From a virus: a stretch of 64,000 nucleotides of DNA. The notes beneath the pieces are model-generated. The model ran no database searches and was not told the DNA's origin. It saw only the letters and a program-made list of their open reading frames with translations. Every line of letters starts with the position of its first letter. Positions within the stretch are counted from its first letter, which is position 1. Shown here in pieces: positions 1-9,787 of the stretch. The position numbers were made by a program, and so were the translations under genes. Location: positions 76,496-140,495 of the IMG/VR virus record IMGVR_UViG_3300028920_000037, one strand, 5' to 3'.

Positions 1-375
1 GCACAACGAACGTGGCAGCAGTACCTCGACTGGCAGACGAACAGGAACAGTGCTCGCCACGAGCTAGAAGCCCAGTTTGGGTATGATACGAAGCACGCGA
101 TGCACCTCATCAGGCTCATGCGGATGTGCAGGGAAATCCTGCTAGGAAAGGGTGTTATCGTCAAGCGTCCTGATGCCGAGGAGTTGCTCGAGATCCGCGC
201 CGGACGACGCTCGTACGAAGACGTTGTCGCAGAGGCAGAGAGCCTTAACGCTGAGTGCGACGAGCTCTACAAGACAACGTCCTACCTACCACATAAGCCT
301 GATGTCGCCGCCCTCGACGCCCAAGTCGTTGAAATGACGCTCAAGTATCACTTTCGAAAGGATTTTTCGCTTTGA
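1..375 (+). CDS. Predicted nucleotidyltransferase (RlaP/YcgL-like Pol-beta family), 5'-truncated
   Basis: Frame open from base 1; C-terminal signature 'RHELEAQFGYDTKHAMHLIRL...RPDAEELLEIRAG...LPHKPD'. Confidence 0.8.
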   Translation, partial: AQRTWQQYLDWQTNRNSARHELEAQFGYDTKHAMHLIRLMRMCREILLGKGVIVKRPDAEELLEIRAGRRSYEDVVAEAESLNAECDELYKTTSYLPHKPDVAALDAQVVEMTLKYHFRKDFSL

Positions 376-400
376 CCACTAAACCGAAGCACCAGACTAT

Positions 401-664
401 GTGTGGGAACACGACTGCTCAACGTCGATGACGCAGTCGCCAGAACCCATGCTGATGAAGGACGGCAAACCGTTCGAAGCGGTGAACGAGCTTCTGTGTG
501 TCATCGAAGCAGCATCCGGTGAGGAAGCGTCTGCAATCTTCAACCTTCGCATGGGCTTCGGAGCGTACCATCCGATGGGCGAATCGCAGGAGTGTCCAAG
601 GTGTGGAGCTTGGTTCTATCCGAGTGGTTCTGGACAGTGTTGGAGCTGCGGGCACTCGCAGTGA
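401..664 (+). CDS. Hypothetical protein with C-terminal Zn ribbon
   Basis: CPRC...CWSC. Confidence 0.55.
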   Translation: MWEHDCSTSMTQSPEPMLMKDGKPFEAVNELLCVIEAASGEEASAIFNLRMGFGAYHPMGESQECPRCGAWFYPSGSGQCWSCGHSQ

Positions 665-703
665 TCGTTTAACACGATGCATCTGCGTCTGCTATTTAGA
701 TGC

Positions 704-1696
704 ATGGACAACGTTGTCGACCCAGGAGCTCAGAGGATCCTCCGGCCGTTCATGCGCTACATCAGGACGGGAAACGTACCTCAGGAGTTCGATCACAATA
801 GCAAGTTTCGTGCGCTCGCTCAGGCGCTTCGTGACTCTGGACGCTGGGAAGGCTACAAGGACGAATATTCTTCGCTGTATAATGCGTGGATCAAGCAGGA
901 TGTTACTGCGAACATGAATGATTACAAGGAACTCGAGAAGGCGGCGATGCACGACATTGAGGATCTGCAGCTCAAGCAGCGCTTTGCTGTACGGCGCTTT
1001 GTGAACACGGCGCTGTACAAGGGTCTTGGCTCTGATGCGAATCCGGTGCTCGCAGCTGCGTGGGCCGCGACAGACTTCAACATGGGCAATAGGAACGAGC
1101 TTGAGAATTCTGTCGACGCGAGGTTGCTTACGTGGTTGAAGGACAACGCATACGACCTCGCTGAGCTCGCCGAAGAGTTCGGTCGTCAGGTGAATACGCT
1201 CATCTCGAGGTACGAAAACACGCCATCGGCGCAGTCGAACGGTGGGCTACGTCGGGCGATTGAACTCGCGAACGACTATCGCCATGCGAAGAACGTCTTT
1301 TACGATCTTACCCAGGGAATGATTCGTTCGGCGCGATCGTTTACACCCGATCGCGCTCGCGACATGGCCGCAGAGTTCTGGTCGTCTGCGGCCAGCGAGA
1401 GCGATCCAGGAAACGATACGAGGATCATGGCAGTGATTGAACCGTTACTTCCACAGAGCACGTCAGCATTATCCGACCTCATCTCGTTTCTTGAGGATGC
1501 GTACAACCAGGTAGTAAACATCTTGTATTTCGGAAACGATACGTCAGATGTCCTGCAAAAGCCAGAATCGTTGCTCGTCGCGTACCTCCTTGACAGAAAC
1601 AAGGACGAGCTCGTGCAGCGCTGGCAGCAATTTTTACCGATTGATGACCTTGAAACGATTGCAAACGCGTTCGGTGACACCGTCATGAATGCCTAG
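704..1696 (+). CDS. Hypothetical helical protein (likely late gene)
   Basis: Long ORF (677-1696); TATTTA at 693-698 favours ATG 704. Confidence 0.7.
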   Translation: MDNVVDPGAQRILRPFMRYIRTGNVPQEFDHNSKFRALAQALRDSGRWEGYKDEYSSLYNAWIKQDVTANMNDYKELEKAAMHDIEDLQLKQRFAVRRFVNTALYKGLGSDANPVLAAAWAATDFNMGNRNELENSVDARLLTWLKDNAYDLAELAEEFGRQVNTLISRYENTPSAQSNGGLRRAIELANDYRHAKNVFYDLTQGMIRSARSFTPDRARDMAAEFWSSAASESDPGNDTRIMAVIEPLLPQSTSALSDLISFLEDAYNQVVNILYFGNDTSDVLQKPESLLVAYLLDRNKDELVQRWQQFLPIDDLETIANAFGDTVMNA

Positions 1697-1928
1697 TGCA
1701 CTTCCGTTCGTCGAGCCATACTATTGGTTGAACATCCACGGTTGGAAGGATAAGATGAGCAAAGAGAAGAATACTACGCAACGTCCTGTAAGCGATCTAC
1801 GGCTGCAAAGTACCTCGCATTTCTTGAAAATGCTCCGCCAGTCGAACCTTGCGTTCTATGCGGAGCATGGAGAGGATCCTGAGGCACGTCGCAAGGCACA
1901 GAAGATCCTTGCAGGTGAACGTCTTTAA
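1689..1928 (+). CDS. Hypothetical protein
   Basis: Fills the gap between coupled ORFs. Confidence 0.45.
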   Translation: MPSALPFVEPYYWLNIHGWKDKMSKEKNTTQRPVSDLRLQSTSHFLKMLRQSNLAFYAEHGEDPEARRKAQKILAGERL

Positions 1929-1934
1929 GACGCT

Positions 1935-2876
1935 ATGAGAACTAAAACGATTCTCTTGCTTGTCGGACTTCCGGCGAGTGGCAAGTCAACATACGCTTTC
2001 GACCTGATGAAGAGGGAACGCAGGTGGAAGCGTGTTTCACGCGACGATATCAGGTTGATGCTCGATGGAGTCGAGTTCGATCCAAAGAACGAGTCATTCG
2101 TCACGAAGATTGAGGATGCCTCCGTCGAGGCGGTACTTCGTGCTGGATACGATGTTATCATCGATGCAACACATTTGAATGTGCAGTCGCGGAACAAGTG
2201 GTTGCAGTTCGCGGCGCACTTTGGTGACGTTAAGATCATTTCGAAGAACTTTGATATCAGTCTGGAAGATGCGCTGCGAAGGAACGATCTACGCAACCAA
2301 GCAGGTGCACAAAATGTTTCACCCGATGTCATTGAAAGGATGTACGATAGGTACGTCAAGAAAAACGGCCTTCCAAAGGAACTCGATGAATACTTCCCGA
2401 GTCCAGCATTCGTGCAGGCAGAGGTAGATGAATCGCTTCCTTATTGCGTCGTGTGCGACCTTGACGGGACGCTTGCGGACAACTCATGGAGGAACGTTTA
2501 CGAGGCTACCGATTGTGAGCGTGATCCAGTGATCAGATATGTTAAGGATGTGCTTTTTGCCGTACATGAAAAGTTCGGCGATTCAATCATATTTGTAACA
2601 GGTCGTGAGGAACAGTTTCGTGAAGGAACAGAAGAGTTCCTTACAAATGCTGGATTTATGTGGACCAGTAGTGACAGATCTATGCGGGCAAACGAGCTTC
2701 ATATGCGCTCCAACACAGATAAGCGCAAGGACTACGTTGTTAAAAAAGAAATTATCACTGAATTTCGCAAGAGGTTTAATATCAGGTTCTGCCTCGAGGA
2801 CAGGCCACGAAACTGTCGCATGATGCGGTACGAACTCGGCCTTCCGGTCCTCCAGGTTGCAGATGTGGAGTTCTGA
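1935..2876 (+). CDS. pseT: Polynucleotide 5'-kinase/3'-phosphatase (T4 Pnk-like)
   Basis: N-terminal P-loop GLPASGKST, SRDDIR, IIDAT; C-terminal HAD DLDGT, TGR, EDR. Confidence 0.93.
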   Translation: MRTKTILLLVGLPASGKSTYAFDLMKRERRWKRVSRDDIRLMLDGVEFDPKNESFVTKIEDASVEAVLRAGYDVIIDATHLNVQSRNKWLQFAAHFGDVKIISKNFDISLEDALRRNDLRNQAGAQNVSPDVIERMYDRYVKKNGLPKELDEYFPSPAFVQAEVDESLPYCVVCDLDGTLADNSWRNVYEATDCERDPVIRYVKDVLFAVHEKFGDSIIFVTGREEQFREGTEEFLTNAGFMWTSSDRSMRANELHMRSNTDKRKDYVVKKEIITEFRKRFNIRFCLEDRPRNCRMMRYELGLPVLQVADVEF

Positions 2877-3124
2877 TGCACGAAACAGTGAAGCAGATCA
2901 TCCTTAAAAGGTCATCGACACAGTATCTACTCGCCCTGAAGGTTCGTGCAAACAGGAACGGAGGCGAAGCCGTAGAATGCGGTGGGATTGTCATCTCAGT
3001 CGAAGAACTCAAGAAGGAGCTCGCTCTGAGGCCTCACATTCCAAATAAGGCGGAATCTCCGAGCGGCAGACGTCTGCCGCTCGGAGATCAAAGGAAAGAA
3101 AGAAGCGTCGATGAACATTATTGA
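2876..3124 (+). CDS. Hypothetical protein
   Basis: TGATG coupling to pseT. Confidence 0.55.
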   Translation: MHETVKQIILKRSSTQYLLALKVRANRNGGEAVECGGIVISVEELKKELALRPHIPNKAESPSGRRLPLGDQRKERSVDEHY

Positions 3125-3347
3125 ACGTGCCGTTGCAGGTGAGTTCGACGGGAAGCCCATTGACGAGCTCCTTGAGGCCATAGACGATGAGATTGACAAA
3201 TGGCACTCGCCTGAACACGATGACGATGATTCTAAACTTCATGAGTTCCTTGGCATGTCGTGGGAAGAGTACAAGTTCTTTGTAGAAAAGCCAACATACT
3301 TCATGAGTTCCTTGGTATGTCGTGGGAAGAGTACGGGTTCTTTGTAG
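3111..3347 (+). CDS. Hypothetical protein; C-terminus altered by tandem duplication
   Basis: 'IDKWH...LHEFLGMSWEEY'. Confidence 0.6.
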   Translation: MNIIERAVAGEFDGKPIDELLEAIDDEIDKWHSPEHDDDDSKLHEFLGMSWEEYKFFVEKPTYFMSSLVCRGKSTGSL

Positions 3348-3359
3348 AAAAGCCAACAT
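3236..3359. repeat. 62-bp tandem duplication (2 copies, 3 mismatches)
   Basis: acttcatgagttccttgg(c/t)atgtcgtgggaagagtac(aa/gg)gttctttgtagaaaagccaacat at 3236-3297 and 3298-3359. Confidence 0.95.
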
Positions 3360-3375
3360 CTAAAGAGGTTCAGCA

Positions 3376-3690
3376 ATGATTGAAAGCGACTTCTACGAAC
3401 AGAGTGTCAAGAACAAGGAAAAGTTCCCACAGAATGCAATGTACATCGCCCTTGTTTTTAAGCAGGGATCTCAACACGTTCCAGCGTATGATCGCCACGA
3501 TCCTCCTGAAGGCACGTACTGTCCAACGGAAGAGTGCGACGCGTATGTCTTTGGAGACAAGGAAACGCTCGACATGTTTGCCATGCGAGCGATGCACCTC
3601 AACATGAAGTACGTCATGTTTGAGCTAGGAAGCCAGCTTACAACGCATGTTACAGTCGACGTCAAACCGAAGATGGAGCCTACGCGATGA
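3376..3690 (+). CDS. Hypothetical protein
   Basis: SD-like gagg upstream; ATGA overlap with the ligase gene. Confidence 0.6.
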   Translation: MIESDFYEQSVKNKEKFPQNAMYIALVFKQGSQHVPAYDRHDPPEGTYCPTEECDAYVFGDKETLDMFAMRAMHLNMKYVMFELGSQLTTHVTVDVKPKMEPTR

Positions 3691-4487
3691 TTGTTAAGTA
3701 CCCGCGGACGCAACACGTCAGGGGCTCGCACCTTCAATACGGTGATGAGGACCTCGATGCGGTGTCGTTCGATGATCTGCGAGGCAAGCACCTCGTTGTC
3801 GAAGAAAAGATCGATGGAACAAACTCTGGAATCTCGTTCGAATCAGGACGACTCATGCTCCAGTCACGAGACCACTACCTACGTGGAGGCCCACGTGAAA
3901 AGCAGTTCGATCTTCTGAAGCAGTGGTCTAGCATGTGGCGGCAGGACCTGAACGACATCCTCGACGAGCGCTACGTGATGTACGGAGAGTGGATGTTCGC
4001 GAAGCACACATGTTTTTACGACATGCTTCCACACTACTTCATGGAGTTCGACGTTTGGGACAAGGAACGAGGCTTCTTTCTTGATACATCTTCTCGATAC
4101 GCGCTGTTGCGTAGCAGGAATCACGGTGTAAACATCGAACCTGTTCTTGTTGTCGCTGAAGGAATGTTCGGTTCGCTCGACGCCCTGAAGGAGCTGGTGT
4201 GTGATTCACACTTCAAGTCTCGGCAGTGGCGTGCTGACCTAACAAGGCAAGCGTTGCTCGCTGATGTCGATCCTGATGTTGCCAAATTTCACACCGACAT
4301 GAGTGACCTGATGGAAGGTCTCTACGTCAAGTGGGAAGAGGACGGCATCGTCAAGGGACGCTACAAGTTCGTACGTGAATCGTTTACGAACCACGTCCTC
4401 AGTCAGGACCAACACTGGCACGACAGGCCAATCATACAAAATTCGCTGCGTCCAGGTGCCTTTAACGCGATGTTTGGTACAATGTAG
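3687..4487 (+). CDS. ATP-dependent RNA ligase family protein
   Basis: KYPRTxH, motif I EEKIDG, YGEW, EFD, motif IV EGLYVK, motif V K. Confidence 0.88.
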   Translation: MIVKYPRTQHVRGSHLQYGDEDLDAVSFDDLRGKHLVVEEKIDGTNSGISFESGRLMLQSRDHYLRGGPREKQFDLLKQWSSMWRQDLNDILDERYVMYGEWMFAKHTCFYDMLPHYFMEFDVWDKERGFFLDTSSRYALLRSRNHGVNIEPVLVVAEGMFGSLDALKELVCDSHFKSRQWRADLTRQALLADVDPDVAKFHTDMSDLMEGLYVKWEEDGIVKGRYKFVRESFTNHVLSQDQHWHDRPIIQNSLRPGAFNAMFGTM

Positions 4488-4489
4488 CA

Positions 4490-5320
4490 ATGGCACGTTA
4501 CGCTTGGGCAACAGACGTACATCTAGATCACCTGAGAGACTCGTCTCAGGTGATTGCATTTGCAGAGATGATCGTCGCAACGAACTGCGACGGGGTCATC
4601 ATCTCAGGGGACATCTCGATCGCGAAGCATGTGACGTATCACCTTGCGGCGATCGAAAAGGTTCTTCAGAGGCCGATCTACTTCGTTCTTGGGAACCATG
4701 ACTACTATGGCGGGACGATCGAGGCAGTTCGCAAGGAGATGAGCAACCTTGCGAGGATCTCACCGTTCCTCAAGTACCTCCCATTGCAGAGCTACCACAT
4801 GCTCAACAGCTCGACGGCGATCGTCGGTCATGATTGTTGGTACGACGGGATCCTCGGCAACCCGCAGGGATCGAAGTTTCATCTGACCGATTGGAGCGCC
4901 ATCAGTGATTACAGGAACGACTACATGAATCCTCGAAAGTCCGAGGAAGAGAAGCGCAACCTGATCATCGGAACATCGAGGGACCTTGCGACCGAAGGCG
5001 TCATACACATCCAGAAGGGCATCAAGGACGCGTTCAGGTACGCTCGTAGGGTGATCGTCGTCAGCCACGTCCCGCCGTATGCTGAATCACACATCTACGA
5101 AGGCAAGATCGGCAACGACGATGCGATGCCGTGGTTCACATGCAAGCTGTTGGGCGACATGCTGTCTGATGCATCGAAGGCATTCCCAGACAGGAAGATT
5201 GTTTCGCTCTCGGGTCACACACATGGCCAGTACCAAGGCAAGAAGACAGACAACCTCGACGTCCTTGTTGGTGGTGCTAGGTACGGAAATCCAATGATCG
5301 AAACAATCATTGATATCTGA
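4490..5320 (+). CDS. Calcineurin-like metallophosphoesterase
   Basis: DVH, SGD, GNHD, SHVPP, GHTH. Confidence 0.92.
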   Translation: MARYAWATDVHLDHLRDSSQVIAFAEMIVATNCDGVIISGDISIAKHVTYHLAAIEKVLQRPIYFVLGNHDYYGGTIEAVRKEMSNLARISPFLKYLPLQSYHMLNSSTAIVGHDCWYDGILGNPQGSKFHLTDWSAISDYRNDYMNPRKSEEEKRNLIIGTSRDLATEGVIHIQKGIKDAFRYARRVIVVSHVPPYAESHIYEGKIGNDDAMPWFTCKLLGDMLSDASKAFPDRKIVSLSGHTHGQYQGKKTDNLDVLVGGARYGNPMIETIIDI

Positions 5321-6099
5321 TGACTGACGAGATTATCAGCGTCGATGGAGGCTGGCTTATCAAAGCAGATGCGGCGGTCCAACAGACCGTCTGGGACGTG
5401 CTCGACCTCGTCGGTCAGAATAGGTGGATGATCTACACAGATCCTCCTTACGGCAGCATCGTCAAGGAGGGCTGGGACGTCAAACTTCAGGGTGAGGAAC
5501 ACGGTGAGTGGATGCTCAACTGGACGAACATGTGGGCGCACCACCTCAATGAAGGAGCTGCGTTCTACGTTTGGGGAGGCGTGGGAAAGCACTTGAATAG
5601 GTCGTTCTTCTACTACGCTGCGAAGGTCGAGCACCGCACACAGCTCAAGATCCAGAACGTGATCACCTGGAAGAAGCGTCGAGGCATAGGGACGGCCTAC
5701 AATTATCTCTTCACGCGTGAGGAGTTGCTCTTTATGCTCAAGGAAGGCAAAAACGTGCAGCCTCTCGTGTTCAACGTGCCACTGCTAGATGAGCTCCGCG
5801 GCTATGCGGGTTACAACAACAAGTACCCAGCCAAGAGCCCGTACAAGAGGCGATCGAACGTTTGGACAGACGTCACCGAAATCCTTCGTGGTAAGAAACA
5901 CCCTGCACAGAAACCCGTTCGTCTCGCGGAGATCGCGATCGAGACATCATCCCATAGGAAGGACGTCGTTGTTGACCTTTTCGCTGGTTCGGGTTCTACG
6001 GGTGTCGCCGCTCACCGCTTAGGTCGCGATTTCGTCCTTGTAGAGAACGATGACGCTACGTTTGAAGAACTCAAGCGAACCTTCTCTTGTAAAGCGTAA
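5320..6099 (+). CDS. DNA amino-methyltransferase (N6A/N4C, beta class)
   Basis: DPPY precedes HPAQKP and DLFAGSGST. Confidence 0.92.
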   Translation: MTDEIISVDGGWLIKADAAVQQTVWDVLDLVGQNRWMIYTDPPYGSIVKEGWDVKLQGEEHGEWMLNWTNMWAHHLNEGAAFYVWGGVGKHLNRSFFYYAAKVEHRTQLKIQNVITWKKRRGIGTAYNYLFTREELLFMLKEGKNVQPLVFNVPLLDELRGYAGYNNKYPAKSPYKRRSNVWTDVTEILRGKKHPAQKPVRLAEIAIETSSHRKDVVVDLFAGSGSTGVAAHRLGRDFVLVENDDATFEELKRTFSCKA

Positions 6100-6115
6100 T
6101 GCGGTGTATTAGGGT
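6087..6115 (+). promoter_or_regulatory. Sigma70-like promoter, probably leaderless
   Basis: TTGTAA-17 nt-TAGGGT, then 6 nt to ATG 6122. Confidence 0.5.
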
Positions 6116-6121
6116 GTATCT

Positions 6122-6406
6122 ATGACGCCCGAACAGCACAAAGAGCGCGAGAATCAACAGGCACGCCTCAAGTGGCTCGAGGAGAACCTCGCTCAATCCA
6201 TCAAGGAGGAAGGCTTTGCACGTAGCCGCAAGGAACGCCAAGAAAAGCTCATGCTAAGGGTTGGTTACGCAAAGAAACCAAAACATAAGCAGGAACAGAT
6301 CAGGCGTAGGCACTATAATGCAACCGTTCAAGAATCCCAGTTGTCTGAAGTTGCCCAGCTCCTTGGTTCAGAGATCGGAGGCCTCCGTCGAGAAATCGAA
6401 GGCTGA
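6122..6406 (+). CDS. Hypothetical basic coiled-coil protein
   Basis: ORF directly behind the promoter. Confidence 0.55.
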   Translation: MTPEQHKERENQQARLKWLEENLAQSIKEEGFARSRKERQEKLMLRVGYAKKPKHKQEQIRRRHYNATVQESQLSEVAQLLGSEIGGLRREIEG

Positions 6407-7325
6407 GGATGACATCATAAAGGTCGAGTTTGACCTCCTCGAACCCCTGCGTGACGCGCCCAAGTGGGGAGTCGTCACAGAGATCATCGAGTCCGCAGCT
6501 CCGTACGGAGGGTTCCTTGCGGGAGGTTTTGCTTCGCAGCTGGCAAGGATAGCACTCGCACCAAATCGTCCTCGTCGGGCGCACCTCAAGGATCTCGAAT
6601 CAACGTACATTGATGTTGAAAAGGCATTTGGTCCTTCTGACATCGATATGTTTTTCGACGATAACGAATCTCTTGAGTGTTTTGTTTACACAAAACCGTT
6701 CACACGACCGAACAAGATCAACATTGTTGAAAGTTCGGGTGGAGAAGCGTACGAGTTCAAGGTCAAGGTCGGAAATGATCGTAATTCACCTCTATACGTA
6801 CGTTTCCAGCTGATCAAGCGTTGGCTTGGTACACCAAAGCACGTTGTGGGTGACTTTGACCTTGTGAACGCGATGGTTGGGTACAGGCGTCTCAAGAACA
6901 CCCACACGACGTTTGTTCACAAGGACTGGAAGAGGTATGAAGACGCTCGTCAGGTCCATGTTCTGAACTGGAACAGCCCGATGGTCATCAAGCGCGTCGT
7001 GAAGTACGTCAAACGCAAGGGTTACAGCGGGCTTTCGCAGGAGACCGCCGACCAGCTCAGTGCGGCATCGATGGAATTCATTAACGGGATACGTTCTGGA
7101 AAGTATTCGTTCGAGTTCTGTCCGACTGAATCGAGCTTTGCATCGAACCTGTCGACGCTCATGCCATACCTTTCGATCGATCAATTACTAACGTTGTCGA
7201 TGATCAATGTGAAGTTTGATGAGTACGAACGTGACAAGACGTTCCACGAGCGCGTAATGCGGACGATCGTCGATAGACATGCGCGCGAGCTCGAGGAGCG
7301 ACACGCTGCAGCAATCTCTGTGTGA
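6261..7325 (+). CDS. Pol-beta-superfamily nucleotidyltransferase-like protein (start uncertain)
   Basis: FLAGGF...SDIDMFF...FQLI...FDL pattern typical of phage tRNA-nucleotidyltransferase-like proteins. Confidence 0.6.
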   Translation: MVTQRNQNISRNRSGVGTIMQPFKNPSCLKLPSSLVQRSEASVEKSKAEDDIIKVEFDLLEPLRDAPKWGVVTEIIESAAPYGGFLAGGFASQLARIALAPNRPRRAHLKDLESTYIDVEKAFGPSDIDMFFDDNESLECFVYTKPFTRPNKINIVESSGGEAYEFKVKVGNDRNSPLYVRFQLIKRWLGTPKHVVGDFDLVNAMVGYRRLKNTHTTFVHKDWKRYEDARQVHVLNWNSPMVIKRVVKYVKRKGYSGLSQETADQLSAASMEFINGIRSGKYSFEFCPTESSFASNLSTLMPYLSIDQLLTLSMINVKFDEYERDKTFHERVMRTIVDRHARELEERHAAAISV

Positions 7326-7407
7326 ACAAGCTCGTTGTGTGTTGTAGATATCGATAGGGTGCGCCACACACCCGTCGTTGCTGCTTTGCAACGAAAAGGA
7401 GAGAACC

Positions 7408-7941
7408 GTGAAGCGCGCACTGCTGCTGAATGCAGACTACACACCGATGCACTTCGTTGACGAGGAAGAGGCAATCTACCTGCTCTACCTCAACAAGGCG
7501 GAGATGATCACAATGTTGAACGGTACGCCCAGCTCGTGGCCTGAGGGTCACGGTCTCGTGAACGGCGGAACGTTCCCAGCTGGAGCAACGCTCAGGCTCA
7601 TGGAACGTGTCACGAAGAAGTGGAAGTCACCTCGCTTCCGCAAGCGTGTCCTGTTCAACAGGGACGATTGGAAGTGCCAGTACTGTGGTACGCCAGTCAC
7701 AACGTCCACGGCGACGATCGAACACGTGTTTCCACAGTCAAGGGGCGGCATGACAACGTGGCAGAACTGCGTCACTGCGTGTTCACCGTGTAACAGACGG
7801 AAGAAGAACAGGACGCCAGAAGAGGCAGGAATGTGCCTGTTGTCGCAGCCAAAGGCTCCATCGCCGCTGCACTTCTGGGACCTGAGAAGGACGAGCACCT
7901 GGCACTCTGACTGGGATACGTTCCTTCGCGTTGACAACTGA
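7408..7941 (+). CDS. HNH endonuclease (McrA-like)
   Basis: LLLNADY, RDDWKCQYCG, TIEHVFPQSRGG, WQNCVTACSPCN; GTG start after aggag. Confidence 0.92.
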   Translation: MKRALLLNADYTPMHFVDEEEAIYLLYLNKAEMITMLNGTPSSWPEGHGLVNGGTFPAGATLRLMERVTKKWKSPRFRKRVLFNRDDWKCQYCGTPVTTSTATIEHVFPQSRGGMTTWQNCVTACSPCNRRKKNRTPEEAGMCLLSQPKAPSPLHFWDLRRTSTWHSDWDTFLRVDN

Positions 7942-7957
7942 TGCATACTTACTGGCT

Positions 7958-8335
7958 ATGAGGACGACCCTCAGCCAGGTTAGGAGTATCATCAGAGAGG
8001 AATTGGCCCGCCATCTTAATGAGGAATGGTGGGCTGAGTCATATTCTGGTAAGCTGTACGATGAGCCCGCGCTTGATCCAGAAAAAGAGACGCTCTGGAT
8101 CGAAAAGGATTCGAAGCGCAAGATCAAGAAGTGGATGAAGGACATGGGCCTCGCCGAGGCTGTGTCCAACAGAGACATCCTCGCAAGGCTTCAAAACCTG
8201 AGTGATAGCAATGTTGAGTACATAAAGGATCCCTTGAGCTATAGGGCCGGATCGCTCAGGTTCAACGAGCTCGAATACATCACGAGTAACGCTGATCCTA
8301 CTACGATCGCGTTGAAACAACACCCATCTGCCTAA
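7958..8335 (+). CDS. Hypothetical protein with leader 'VRSIIREEL..LNEE'
   Basis: TACTTA at 7946-7951, ATG 7958. Confidence 0.7.
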   Translation: MRTTLSQVRSIIREELARHLNEEWWAESYSGKLYDEPALDPEKETLWIEKDSKRKIKKWMKDMGLAEAVSNRDILARLQNLSDSNVEYIKDPLSYRAGSLRFNELEYITSNADPTTIALKQHPSA

Positions 8336-8632
8336 ACGTTTGGGCAGGCGATGATGAGTTGAAGTTTTATCTGAACGACGGTCGCCACCGCTGGTTGCCT
8401 GCACGGATGTACGGTGCGTCAAAGATACGTGCGGATGTCACGATCGACTATAGTGAGAATGATTCGATGCCGGTCGGTGTAATGACGATCGGAATTGCTT
8501 CCGATGATCTAGGACGATTGATCAAGATCGCAGACAAGGTCTACAGAAAGGACCGCGAAAGACCTCCCGATCGCTCTTTGAGGTTCAATTGAGCGCTCGC
8601 CCGAGTCGTTATACTTATAGCGAGGAGTCCTC

Positions 8633-9787
8633 ATGAAGTTGAAGCTGCAACAGCTGCGTGCCGTGGCACGCAGCACCTTGGTAGAAGTCAAGGCAACCGA
8701 GGCGCTGCGTAACGCTATGCCGAAGGTTTTTGGTCCTGCTATGCGCGTAGATGGTGACCTCAAGGTGCTCGCTCGTAGGGTAAACGAGCGCCTCGATGTC
8801 ATGGAGCGTACAGGAAACACCGCGATCATTGAGATTGCTACGGCGGTGCTTGCGCCGCTCGCAAGGAACCGATCAGCAGAAGTACGCAAGATGGTTGCAA
8901 GGCTTCTACCCAAGAACCTTACGACGAAGCTGTGTGAGGACAGGCATCCAGCTGTTAGGGCAGCAGTAGCTCGTAGGGTTCCATACGATGCGCTTTGTAA
9001 GATGTGTGAGAGGTTTCCAAACGACGACCAGCTGACAACCATCAAGGCAGAGCGCATCGACGAGGTGCTTGAACCCGTTGAAGAGCTTGATTCAAAAGCA
9101 ATAGGTGAGACAGTCATGACGAACGTCAGCGAGTTGTCGAAGCAGTGGTACATGGAGGCTGCGCGCAAGCTCCTTGAGGACTACGGCGAGTTTACGAGGA
9201 CTCCGGTACTCGCCGAACGTCACTGGAACCCGAAGGCGGTCGCTCGGTACTGTGCGAGCCTGAAGGCCTCGTGGGGCGTCGAGATCGATGCAAAGAAGCT
9301 TCAGGAGGCGGTCGATATGCTGCTTAGGGAGCTCGACGATCGCAGGGAGAATCAGTATGGAAACTCGCTGTCAGAGATCAAGAAGAACCTCGAACGTCTC
9401 GTTGAAAGTGACGACCGCGGCAAGCTTCCGATCATGCCAATCGTTGCTGAAGAGCGGACAGATCCGGTCAAGTCGTTGCTCGAGAACAGGTGCACGAACG
9501 CTGAGTACTTGAAGTTCTTTGAGTCAATGTTCAATGTTCGCAAGTCAACGATTCCAGCGACGATCAGGAAGTACAGACTCGGCGAAGGAATGTCAAAGGA
9601 GACGTTCGTTCCGATGAAGGCGCAGCTTCCACACGGTGTTTTGAATGAGGTGACTGAACAGGCGCTCAACAGGTACGTTGAGTGTTGGAACGCGGCGGTT
9701 GCGCTCGCTGGTGAGCCACTGAAGCTTGGTTGGAACATTGATCCGGCGAACATTGCGTCGGTCGGATTTGACCTGGAGCTCTTCTGA
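8633..9787 (+). CDS. Hypothetical protein with HEAT/LRV-like repeats and shared leader
   Basis: 'SAEVRKMVAR', 'DRHPAVRAAVARR'; TACTTA 8612-8617; SD gaggag. Confidence 0.75.
   Translation: MKLKLQQLRAVARSTLVEVKATEALRNAMPKVFGPAMRVDGDLKVLARRVNERLDVMERTGNTAIIEIATAVLAPLARNRSAEVRKMVARLLPKNLTTKLCEDRHPAVRAAVARRVPYDALCKMCERFPNDDQLTTIKAERIDEVLEPVEELDSKAIGETVMTNVSELSKQWYMEAARKLLEDYGEFTRTPVLAERHWNPKAVARYCASLKASWGVEIDAKKLQEAVDMLLRELDDRRENQYGNSLSEIKKNLERLVESDDRGKLPIMPIVAEERTDPVKSLLENRCTNAEYLKFFESMFNVRKSTIPATIRKYRLGEGMSKETFVPMKAQLPHGVLNEVTEQALNRYVECWNAAVALAGEPLKLGWNIDPANIASVGFDLELF

Noticed and set aside
3236-3359. CRISPR array or DGR template/variable repeat
   Set aside because: Only two directly abutting copies with no spacers. 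One difference is C/T and there is no reverse transcriptase in the window.
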